From assembly GCA_963699255.1 (NCBI GenBank), contig OY969425.1:1470001-1502000 (forward strand): a stretch of 32,000 nucleotides of DNA, read 5' to 3'. The notes under the pieces are model-generated. The model was not told the origin of the DNA and searched no databases. It was given only the letters and a program-made list of their open reading frames with translations. The DNA comes from an uncultured bacterium (GTDB lineage Bacteria; Margulisbacteria; WOR-1; CAVSGV01). This document shows positions 23,003-30,817 of this stretch, one piece after another (position 1 is the stretch's first letter; the number at the start of each line of letters is the position of its first letter). Both the position numbers and the translations under genes were made by a program.

Positions 23003-25705
23003 ATGAGCGAAGAATTATCTAAAATATATGAGCCGAAAATCGTTGAGGAAAAATGGTATAAGATATGGGAAGAGAACGGTTATTTTGCTCCCGATGAATC
23101 CTTAAAAACCCCGCCGTTCGTCATCGTGATCCCGCCTCCGAACGTTACCGGTTCGCTTCACATGGGTCACGCGCTTGATAACACGATCCAGGATATCCTT
23201 ATCAGGTTCAACAGGATGAAGGGTATGAGGGCGCTGTGGGTACCCGGAACGGACCACGCCGGCATCGCGACGCAGAACGTGGTGGAGAAGGAACTGGCCA
23301 AGGAGAAAAAGAGAAAAGAGGATATCGGCAGGGATAAGTTCATTGAGATGGTCTGGAAATGGAAGGAGAAGTTTGGCGGCCAGATAACGCTGCAGCTGAG
23401 GCGGCTGGGCGCATCGTGCGATTGGAAGAGGGAGCGCTTCACGATGGATGCGGGTCTTTCCCGCGCTGTCAGAAAAGCTTTTGTTTCACTGTATAACGAC
23501 GGGCTCATTTACCGCGGAAAAAGGATAATCAACTGGTGCCCGAGATGCAAAACAGCAATCTCGGATATCGAAGTGGAATACACGGAAGAGAACGGCAAAC
23601 TCTGGCACCTGAAGTATCCTGTCGAGGGGTCGAATGAATTCGTTACTGTTGCCACCACAAGACCCGAGACGATGCTCGGAGATACTGCCGTTGCCGTCAA
23701 TCCATCGGATGCGAGATACAAACGTTTTATAGGCAAGATGCTTGTTCTTCCGCTTGTCGGAAGAAGGATACCTGTGATAAAGGACGACTTTGTCGATCCA
23801 ACTTTTGGGACCGGCGCGGTCAAGGTCACTCCCGCCCATGACCCGAATGACTATGAGATAGGGCTGCGGCACAATCTCCCCCAGATAATAATGATGCATC
23901 CCGACGGGAAGGCCCATGTCAGCCATTTCCCGAAAGAAGAACAAAAAGAGATCGCCTCATATGAGGGGGTCGACCGGTTCAAGCTGAGGGATATCATCGT
24001 GGCTGACCTTGAAAAGGGCGGATATCTGGAAAAGATCGAGGACTACAAGAACAAGATCGGCAGATGCTATCGATGCAAAACTCTCATCGAGCCTTATCTC
24101 TCAGACCAGTGGTTCGTCAGGATGAAAGACCTTGTCAGGCCGGCCATACAGGCCGTTGAAGACAAGAACATCCGGTACATTCCCGACCGCTGGACAAAGG
24201 TTTACTTAAACTGGATGGAGAACCACCGTGACTGGTGCATATCCAGACAGATATGGTGGGGGCACCGCATTCCCGCTTGGGAATGCAAATCCCAAATCCC
24301 AAATCCCAAATCCCAAACAAATCCCAATGACCAAATCCCAAATCCCAAAAAGGGCTGCGGAAACATCATCGTTTCGGAAGAAGCTCCGACAAAATGCCCG
24401 AAGTGCGGCGGAACGAATTTAGTCCAGGATCCGGATGTACTGGATACTTGGTTCTCATCGTCGCTCTGGCCGTTCTCGACCCTTGGCTGGCCCGAACAAA
24501 CCAAGGACCTAGAGACATATTATCCGACAACTGTTTTGGTTACCGGATATGACATTATCACTTTCTGGGTTTCAAAGATGATCGTTATGGGCCTGAAGTT
24601 CATGAAGAAAGAGCCTTTCTCAAAGATATTCATTCACGGCCTGATAAGGGATATTACGGGCAAGAAAATGAGCAAATCGATCGGCAACGTGATAGATCCT
24701 CTGAACGTCATAGACAGGGTAGGGGCTGACGCGCTCCGCTTCTCCCTGATATCGCTGATCTCCGGACAGGGGCAGGATATCAAGTTGTCCGAAGAAAAGA
24801 TCACCGAGGGCCGCAACTTCAGCAATAAGATATGGAACGCGGCAAGGTTCATATTGGGGAAGGTATCGGGTATCAGGCATCAGGGATCAGGGTTTGCGGA
24901 CAAATGGATATTGAGCAGATATAACAAGATGATCAATGAGATCACTGAAAAACTGGAGGAATTCGACCTTGGGGAAGCCGCGAGAAAGCTTTATGATTTC
25001 ATCTGGAGCGATTTCTGCGACTGGTACCTGGAAATGTCGAAGGTCGACGCATCCGAAGAGGTCCTGTTGGAAGTTTTTGAGGGCACAATGAGGCTGTTAC
25101 ATCCGTTCATGCCTTTCATCACGGAAGAAATATGGCAGAAGTTAGAGATCAGAGATAAGAGATCAGAGATTGGAAACGCGAAACATGATAAGACGATAAT
25201 GCTTTCCCACTGGCCGAAGGCGGACAAGTCCTTGATCAATGAGAACATCGAGGATGAAATGGCCGTTGTTAAAGAGATAGTCAGGACGATAAGGAACATC
25301 AGGGCCACCTTGAACATTCCGCATTCAAAGGAACTTACCGCGTATATTTCGACGGGAAAGAAGATCGGCGCTGACCAGGTGAAATACCTGACATCGCTCG
25401 CGAGGCTCGAGAAGCTGGATATATCTTCAAAAACAAGCACAAAGATAGAAGGATCAGCAACAGCTGTCCTTCCAGACATAACCATTCATATTCCGCTCAA
25501 GGGCATAATCGACCTGAACAAGGAAGTTGACCGGCTTAAGGAAAAGATCGTTAAACTTGATGAGGAGATCGATAAAGTAAGACAAAGATTATCGGCGAAC
25601 AATAACGTTCCCGAGGACGTCCTGGATGAGTGGAAGGGCAGGGAGCAGGAGTTCTTAAAGCAGAAAGAAACGCTTCAGGACCAGATCAAGTCTCTGACCG
25701 CGTAA
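23003..25705 (+). CDS. valS: valine--tRNA ligase
   Basis: 900-aa ORF with HIGH-type motif (PNVTGSLHMGHAL), TRPET, KMSKS, an editing domain and a C-terminal coiled coil. Confidence 0.95.
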   Translation: MSEELSKIYEPKIVEEKWYKIWEENGYFAPDESLKTPPFVIVIPPPNVTGSLHMGHALDNTIQDILIRFNRMKGMRALWVPGTDHAGIATQNVVEKELAKEKKRKEDIGRDKFIEMVWKWKEKFGGQITLQLRRLGASCDWKRERFTMDAGLSRAVRKAFVSLYNDGLIYRGKRIINWCPRCKTAISDIEVEYTEENGKLWHLKYPVEGSNEFVTVATTRPETMLGDTAVAVNPSDARYKRFIGKMLVLPLVGRRIPVIKDDFVDPTFGTGAVKVTPAHDPNDYEIGLRHNLPQIIMMHPDGKAHVSHFPKEEQKEIASYEGVDRFKLRDIIVADLEKGGYLEKIEDYKNKIGRCYRCKTLIEPYLSDQWFVRMKDLVRPAIQAVEDKNIRYIPDRWTKVYLNWMENHRDWCISRQIWWGHRIPAWECKSQIPNPKSQTNPNDQIPNPKKGCGNIIVSEEAPTKCPKCGGTNLVQDPDVLDTWFSSSLWPFSTLGWPEQTKDLETYYPTTVLVTGYDIITFWVSKMIVMGLKFMKKEPFSKIFIHGLIRDITGKKMSKSIGNVIDPLNVIDRVGADALRFSLISLISGQGQDIKLSEEKITEGRNFSNKIWNAARFILGKVSGIRHQGSGFADKWILSRYNKMINEITEKLEEFDLGEAARKLYDFIWSDFCDWYLEMSKVDASEEVLLEVFEGTMRLLHPFMPFITEEIWQKLEIRDKRSEIGNAKHDKTIMLSHWPKADKSLINENIEDEMAVVKEIVRTIRNIRATLNIPHSKELTAYISTGKKIGADQVKYLTSLARLEKLDISSKTSTKIEGSATAVLPDITIHIPLKGIIDLNKEVDRLKEKIVKLDEEIDKVRQRLSANNNVPEDVLDEWKGREQEFLKQKETLQDQIKSLTA
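24287..24352 (+). repeat. (AAATCCC)4 AAAC AAATCCC AATGACC (AAATCCC)2 tract in frame within valS
   Basis: Read directly. It encodes KSQIPNPKSQTNPNDQIPNPKK between Cys codons at 24284 and 24356. Confidence 0.9.
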
Positions 25706-26495
25706 TATCCCCAAGATCGCTAATTATCTTTTGAACCCTTTTGATATCCTTGGCCTTTCCGCTGTCATCAATGTCAATGAACACCCCGTTGAACAGCCCT
25801 GGGCCTTTATCTTCCGGCTCGAACCGCTCCGGAATGGACAAAAGGAACCTCTTGATTATCTGTTCCTTCTGCACGCCGATTATTGAATCGTACGCTCCAA
25901 CCATTCCCGCGTCCGTTATAAAGGCCGTGCCTTTAGGCAGGATCCTTTCATCCGATGTCTGGATGTGGGTGTGAGTGCCGATGACCACGGAAACTTTTCC
26001 GTCCATGTACCAGGCGAGCGCGTTCTTTTCGGATGTTGCCTCCCCGTGAAGATCGACCAGTATTATCGGTGTTTCGGCCTTCATTTTTGATGCGATGGAA
26101 TTCGCCGCCTGGAACGGGCAGTTCACGCAGGACATGAACACTCTTCCCAGCAGGTTCATGACGCCGTACTTGACCCCGTTCGCCGAGAAAACATCGAAGC
26201 CCTTTCCCGGAACGCCCTCAGGGTAATTCGCCGGCCGCACGAGGTTCGGGCACGAAGAAATGTCCGGAAGGAATTCTTTCCTGTCCCAGATATGATTCCC
26301 CGTTGTTATGACATCGATGCCCATGTTCATGAGCTCGTCGTAAACTTTTTTGGTTATCCCCACACCCGCGGCGGAATTCTCGCCGTTGGCTATGACAACA
26401 TCCGGCAGGAGCTCTTCCCTGAGTTTCGGGAGCAGGTTCCTTACGATGGCGCGTCCCGGCCGCCCAACAATATCCCCTATGAAAAGTATCTTCAT
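25686..26495 (-). CDS. ymdB: YmdB-like metallophosphoesterase (2',3'-cyclic-nucleotide phosphodiesterase family, TIGR00282-like)
   Basis: 269-aa ORF with [38 protein letters not shown] and GTHTH. It overlaps the rny stop by 4 nt. Confidence 0.85.
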   Translation of the reverse strand: MKILFIGDIVGRPGRAIVRNLLPKLREELLPDVVIANGENSAAGVGITKKVYDELMNMGIDVITTGNHIWDRKEFLPDISSCPNLVRPANYPEGVPGKGFDVFSANGVKYGVMNLLGRVFMSCVNCPFQAANSIASKMKAETPIILVDLHGEATSEKNALAWYMDGKVSVVIGTHTHIQTSDERILPKGTAFITDAGMVGAYDSIIGVQKEQIIKRFLLSIPERFEPEDKGPGLFNGVFIDIDDSGKAKDIKRVQKIISDLGDITRSET

Positions 26496-28039
26496 TTTGC
26501 CGTGTCCGTCGCCCTTGTTTCCCTGATGACGGTCACTTTCACCTCTCCCGGATATTCAAGTTCTGCCTCGATCTTTCTTGCGACGTCATACGCCAGTTTT
26601 GCCGACATGACATCATCAAGCTTATCCGGCTGGACGACGATCCTTACTTCCCTTCCTGCCTGGATGGCGTAGCACTTTTCAACGCCTTCAAAGGACATGG
26701 CGACTTTTTCAAGATTCCCCAGCCTCTTGATGTAGGCTTCCAGAGTATCTCTTCTGGCGCCGGGCCTTGAAGCCGATATAGCGTCCGCGACCGCGACTAT
26801 CACGGCTTCCGCGGTCTTTGCTTCCACGTCCCCGTGGTGCGCGGCTATCGCATGGAGCACTTCATCTGATTCTCCGGCTTTTTGCGCGAACGTCACGCCC
26901 AGTTTTGTGTGGGTCCCTTCGGCGTCCTGGTCGATCGCCTTTCCTATGTCGTGAAGAAGACCGGCCCTTTTCGCCAGCTTGATGTTCACTCCGAGTTCTG
27001 CGGCGATCATTCCGGCGATCTTGGAAACTTCTATGGAGTGCTGGAGAACGTTCTGGCCGTAGCTTGTCCTGTACCTTAAGCGTCCCAGCATTTGTATCAG
27101 GACCGGCGGGAGCCCGTGGACGTCCGCTTCAAAAGTAGCGCGCTCGCCGTGTTCCCACATCGCGGCCTTCAGTTCTTCTTTTGACTTGTTGTACATTTCC
27201 TCTACCCTGGCCGGGTGGATCCTTCCGTCGGCAATGAGCTTCGTCAGCGTCAGCCTTGCCGTTTCCCTTCTCACGGGATCGAATCCAGAAATGATCACCG
27301 CCTCGGGAGTATCATCCACTATAAGGTCGACCCCCGTCAGAGTTTCAAAAGCCCTGATGTTCCTTCCTTCGCGCCCGATGATGCGTCCTTTCATTTCCTC
27401 GTTCGGAAGCTCCACGACCGTGACCGTTGATTCGACAACGTGGTCGACCGCGCAGCGCTGTATCGCGGTCGAGAGTATCTCCTTTGCCATCATTTCAGAA
27501 TCCTTTTTCAGCTGCTCTTGCTTTGCCTTTATCAGCAGTGCCGATTCGCGGTCCACATCCTTTTCAAGGTTCTTTAAGAGTGTCCTCATACCTTCCTCAC
27601 GGGTCAAGCCCGACACTTTTTCAAGTTCCTTCAGGTGCTTTATCCTGAGCTCTTCAAGCAGAGCCCTGACCTTTACCAGGTCATCCTCCGCGGATTTCAG
27701 CTTCCTTCTCGCTTCCTCTATGTTCTTCTCCCTTGCGTCAATGCTCTCTTCCCGCTGGAGCAGACGTTTCTCAAGGTTGAAGAGTTCCGCCTTCCTTTCT
27801 TTTGTTTCGCGATCGAAATCCTGCCTCTGCTTGAGCGCCTCGTCCTTTGCTTCGAGTATCGCTTCTCTTCTTTTTGTCTCGGCATCGCGCTTTGAATCTT
27901 CAATAATCCGCTTTGCCGTTTCCTGCGCGACGCGTATTTTCTGCTCCGCCATGTTCTTCCTGATGATCAGGTAGGCCACGAGAAGCGCAAAAACTATCAA
28001 CGCCAGCAGCAAACCGTATATAAAACCGATAAGATTCAT
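26492..28039 (-). CDS. rny: ribonuclease Y
   Basis: 515-aa ORF with an N-terminal TM helix, a long charged coiled coil, a KH domain ([12 protein letters not shown]) and an HD domain (LLHDIGKA...HH). SD gaggagg is present. Confidence 0.93.
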   Translation of the reverse strand: MNLIGFIYGLLLALIVFALLVAYLIIRKNMAEQKIRVAQETAKRIIEDSKRDAETKRREAILEAKDEALKQRQDFDRETKERKAELFNLEKRLLQREESIDAREKNIEEARRKLKSAEDDLVKVRALLEELRIKHLKELEKVSGLTREEGMRTLLKNLEKDVDRESALLIKAKQEQLKKDSEMMAKEILSTAIQRCAVDHVVESTVTVVELPNEEMKGRIIGREGRNIRAFETLTGVDLIVDDTPEAVIISGFDPVRRETARLTLTKLIADGRIHPARVEEMYNKSKEELKAAMWEHGERATFEADVHGLPPVLIQMLGRLRYRTSYGQNVLQHSIEVSKIAGMIAAELGVNIKLAKRAGLLHDIGKAIDQDAEGTHTKLGVTFAQKAGESDEVLHAIAAHHGDVEAKTAEAVIVAVADAISASRPGARRDTLEAYIKRLGNLEKVAMSFEGVEKCYAIQAGREVRIVVQPDKLDDVMSAKLAYDVARKIEAELEYPGEVKVTVIRETRATDTAK

Positions 28040-28060
28040 TTAACTCTACCTCCTCATTTA

Positions 28061-28158
28061 CCCGCCTCTGCCCGCCTTAGGCGGACTCTGGCGGGATTTT
28101 TCCCGTCCTTGACCGCTTAAGCGCGGACCTTGCCCGCCTAAGGACGGACTCTGGCGGG
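28061..28158. repeat. two copies of a 25-26-nt GC-rich palindrome-ended element, CCCGCCT(T)A(A)GG(A)CGGACTCTGGCGGG, plus an extra CCCGCC half-site
   Basis: Copy 1 is at 28071-28095 and copy 2 at 28133-28158, with a half-site at 28061-28066. Copy 2 contains the recA stop and the last 6 sense codons. Confidence 0.75.
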
Positions 28159-29184
28159 CTTCTTTGTTTCTATTTCTTCCTTTACTTCCTTTTTGACCGG
28201 ATTCGTCACGAACTTTCTGAGATCACTCTCTATCTTTTTGGCAAGATCCTTGTTCTCTTCCAGCGCTTTCTTGCTGTTCTCCCATCCCTGTCCGATCTTT
28301 TCTTCTTTATAAGTGAACCATGCTCCGCTTTTTTCTATTATCCCTGTCGCGATGGACGTGTCCAGGAGATCCGCGGATTTCGAGATCCCTTCGCCGTGTA
28401 TCAGGGTGAACAATGCTTCCCTGAACGGAGGGGCGACTTTGTTCTTCACTACCTTTACCTTCACTTTTGTGCCTATGATCCTGTCTGCCTCCTTTATCTT
28501 TTCACTTGCTCTCACCTCAAGCCGCACTGATGAATAGAACTTTAAAGCCCTTCCGCCGGGAGTGACCTCGGGATTGCCGAACATTATCCCGATCTTTTCC
28601 CTTAACTGGTTTATGAAGATCATAACTGTATTGCTTTTGCCTATGACAGCCGTCAGCTTCCTTAATGCTTTTGACATCAGCCTGGCCTGAAGACCCATCT
28701 GGAAATCGCCCATTTCACCTTCTATTTCCGCTTTGGGGACAAGGGCGGCGACCGAGTCTACGACTATTATGTCAACAGCTCCGGACCTGATGAGCGTCTC
28801 GGCGATCTCAAGCGCCTGTTCGCCGTAATCAGGCTGGGATATCAGAAGATTGTTGATATCAACTCCCAGCTTCTGAGCGTAGACAGGCGATAGTGCGTGT
28901 TCCGCATCAATGAAGGCGGCTATTCCGCCTTTCTTTTGGGCTTCCGCTATCGCCTGCAGCGACACCGTGGTTTTTCCTCCGCCCTCCGGACCGTATATTT
29001 CTATGATCCTTCCTTTCGGGAACCCTCCTACGCCAAGCGCGATGTCCAGAGAAAATACGCCCGAGGGTATCACGTCAATATCAAGCTTTGACGCTTTGTC
29101 CATCCTCATTATGGAACCTTTGCCGCAGCTTTTTTCTATCTGCGTTATTGCCACTTCCAATGCCTTCTTTTTTTCATCAGCCAT
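28138..29184 (-). CDS. recA: recombinase RecA
   Basis: 348-aa ORF with Walker [26 protein letters not shown] and the L1/L2 loop regions. SD aaggagg is present. Confidence 0.96.
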   Translation of the reverse strand: MADEKKKALEVAITQIEKSCGKGSIMRMDKASKLDIDVIPSGVFSLDIALGVGGFPKGRIIEIYGPEGGGKTTVSLQAIAEAQKKGGIAAFIDAEHALSPVYAQKLGVDINNLLISQPDYGEQALEIAETLIRSGAVDIIVVDSVAALVPKAEIEGEMGDFQMGLQARLMSKALRKLTAVIGKSNTVMIFINQLREKIGIMFGNPEVTPGGRALKFYSSVRLEVRASEKIKEADRIIGTKVKVKVVKNKVAPPFREALFTLIHGEGISKSADLLDTSIATGIIEKSGAWFTYKEEKIGQGWENSKKALEENKDLAKKIESDLRKFVTNPVKKEVKEEIETKKPARVRP

Positions 29185-29198
29185 GTTCTATCTCCTCC

Positions 29199-29747
29199 TT
29201 ATAATCTTATCTGTTTCAGCTCTTCATAAACCGGTCCGCTTTTCATCAAGGTGCTCTTCATCAAGGAAATATCCTTTGCTTCAAAGCTGCCAAGATCCGT
29301 ATGTTCATTCTTCTCAATGAAGTGGGACAGCGCTTCGATATCAATGTTCTCCTTGATCCGGCCTATTGTCAGGTGGGGAGAAAACTCCCTTTCTTCTTCA
29401 CCATATCCTTGTTGAGAAAGTGCATCCTCGATCTTATTGGCCAATTCTTTTAATTTCCCCGCGCCTCCATTAATGCCTGACCAGATGACCCTGGGATGCT
29501 TTGGGTCTGGAAAGGCTCCAAATCCGCCGAAGCCGATCTTTATTGACCCGAAATCTTTTACCAGCTTCGCGACGGTATCTTCAAGACTCTCGATCTTTTC
29601 ATCTTCGACATTTCCCAGGAACTTAAGCGTAATATGCATGTTCTTCTTATTGATCCATTTTATCGGACCAAGCTTGAGGCCGCCGATGAGCTTTTCTATG
29701 TTGTCTTTTATTTCATCAGGGACCTCAACGGAAAAAAACACCCTCAC
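29199..29747 (-). CDS. thpR: RNA 2',3'-cyclic phosphodiesterase (2H family, ThpR/LigT)
   Basis: 182-aa ORF with the two H.T. motifs (HITLKF and HLTIGR) at the expected spacing. Confidence 0.85.
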   Translation of the reverse strand: MRVFFSVEVPDEIKDNIEKLIGGLKLGPIKWINKKNMHITLKFLGNVEDEKIESLEDTVAKLVKDFGSIKIGFGGFGAFPDPKHPRVIWSGINGGAGKLKELANKIEDALSQQGYGEEEREFSPHLTIGRIKENIDIEALSHFIEKNEHTDLGSFEAKDISLMKSTLMKSGPVYEELKQIRL

Positions 29748-29757
29748 GTTCCATGCC

Positions 29758-30309
29758 TCATATTTTATTCAATACCTCGTCGCCGCCCAGATGCAGCCAG
29801 AGAAGCCCAAGAGCGGCTGCCGCCGCCTTTTCCCTTATTTCCGATCTGCCGCCGGTAAGATGAAGTTCCTTGAAAACGGTCCCCTGATCGGATGCAAGAC
29901 CGATAAAAGTAAGTCCTATTGGCTTTGGCGGGGTCGTGCTGGCGGGCCCGGCTATCCCTGTCGCGGAAAGACCGATGTCCGCCCTGTATCTTTTTCTTAT
30001 CCCTTCCGCCATTGCTATCACGACTTCCTTGCTCACGGGGCTACCCTGCGCGATCGCGCTTGCCGGCACGCCCAGCTCCATGACCTTAATCCTGTTATGG
30101 TAGCAGACGATCCCGCCGATAAAAAAATCGGAACTTCCCGGCTGGCTCGTAAGCTTGCTTGATATGAGCCCTCCCGAAAGGGATTCGGCCACAGCGACCG
30201 TCTTTTTTGTCTTCTTCAGGAGCTCGGCCACTTCTATTTCCGTTGTTTTTCCTATGACGGAGAGGACCCTTGTAAAGAAATCCTCAAGCTTTACTTCCGA
30301 TTCACCCAT
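29758..30309 (-). CDS. CinA C-terminal domain protein / nicotinamide-nucleotide amidase (PncC-like)
   Basis: 183-aa ORF. The blocks TVAVAESLSGG, GG.V.Y, SATGIAGP and the neighbourhood pgsA-cinA-recA are typical of the CinA family. Only the C-terminal domain is present. Confidence 0.8.
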   Translation of the reverse strand: MGESEVKLEDFFTRVLSVIGKTTEIEVAELLKKTKKTVAVAESLSGGLISSKLTSQPGSSDFFIGGIVCYHNRIKVMELGVPASAIAQGSPVSKEVVIAMAEGIRKRYRADIGLSATGIAGPASTTPPKPIGLTFIGLASDQGTVFKELHLTGGRSEIREKAAAAALGLLWLHLGGDEVLNKI

Positions 30310-30817
30310 TTAGCGACTCCAAATTTTTAATGAAATATTCGATCCCTGAAACCACGGCCAGGATAACGCCGAGCCATAAGACCTGGTTCCCGTAGGGCAG
30401 GTTCAGGATCAGCATCGCGACCGCCACATCCAACAGCGCTGTTTTGTATTTCCCAAGCCTGTCGGCAGCAATTATCTTGCCGGACGAACTCGCGGCGAGC
30501 CGCAGTCCCGTAACCGCAAAATCCCTTACGATGATCACAATTACCGGTACGGACGACACCCATCTGATCTCCACCAGGCAAAGGAGAGCAGATATGACAA
30601 GTATTTTATCTGCAAGAGGGTCCATGAATTTACCCATCACAGTTTCCTGCTTGAGCCTTCTTGCAAGGTAGCCATCTATCGCGTCGGAAACCGCTACAGC
30701 GGCGAAGATCACTACAGCAATGATGCTACCATTGGGAATATTAGGCGAGAGCAGAACATAGACCAGGAGGGGGATAAATATTATTCTTAAAAAAGTTACC
30801 GAATTCGGCAGGTTCAA
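30302..30817 (-). CDS. pgsA: CDP-diacylglycerol--glycerol-3-phosphate 3-phosphatidyltransferase
   Basis: 171-aa polytopic ORF with the CDP-alcohol phosphatidyltransferase motif DAIDGYLAR...G...DPLADK. Confidence 0.9.
   Translation of the reverse strand: MNLPNSVTFLRIIFIPLLVYVLLSPNIPNGSIIAVVIFAAVAVSDAIDGYLARRLKQETVMGKFMDPLADKILVISALLCLVEIRWVSSVPVIVIIVRDFAVTGLRLAASSSGKIIAADRLGKYKTALLDVAVAMLILNLPYGNQVLWLGVILAVVSGIEYFIKNLESLNG

Noticed and set aside
24287-24352. Repeat tracts (also 9641-9753 and 19756-19825) considered as CRISPR arrays or telomere-like repeats
   Set aside because: The units are only 7-9 bp with no unique spacers, and no cas genes are present. GGGATTT, the reverse complement of AAATCCC, matches neither strand (TTTAGGG or CCCTAAA) of the plant-type telomere repeat in any rotation, and the tract sits inside valS.
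27186-27974. 262-aa plus-strand serine-rich ORF
   Set aside because: It is antisense to the Glu/Lys/Arg-rich coiled-coil region of rny. The complement of GAA/AAG-rich codons automatically yields an open Ser/Phe-rich frame.
28071-28100. cccgcc...ggcggg followed by attttt, as the recA terminator
   Set aside because: The T-run follows the hairpin on the + strand, whereas recA is on the minus strand. On the recA sense strand the hairpin is preceded by A's, not followed by U's.
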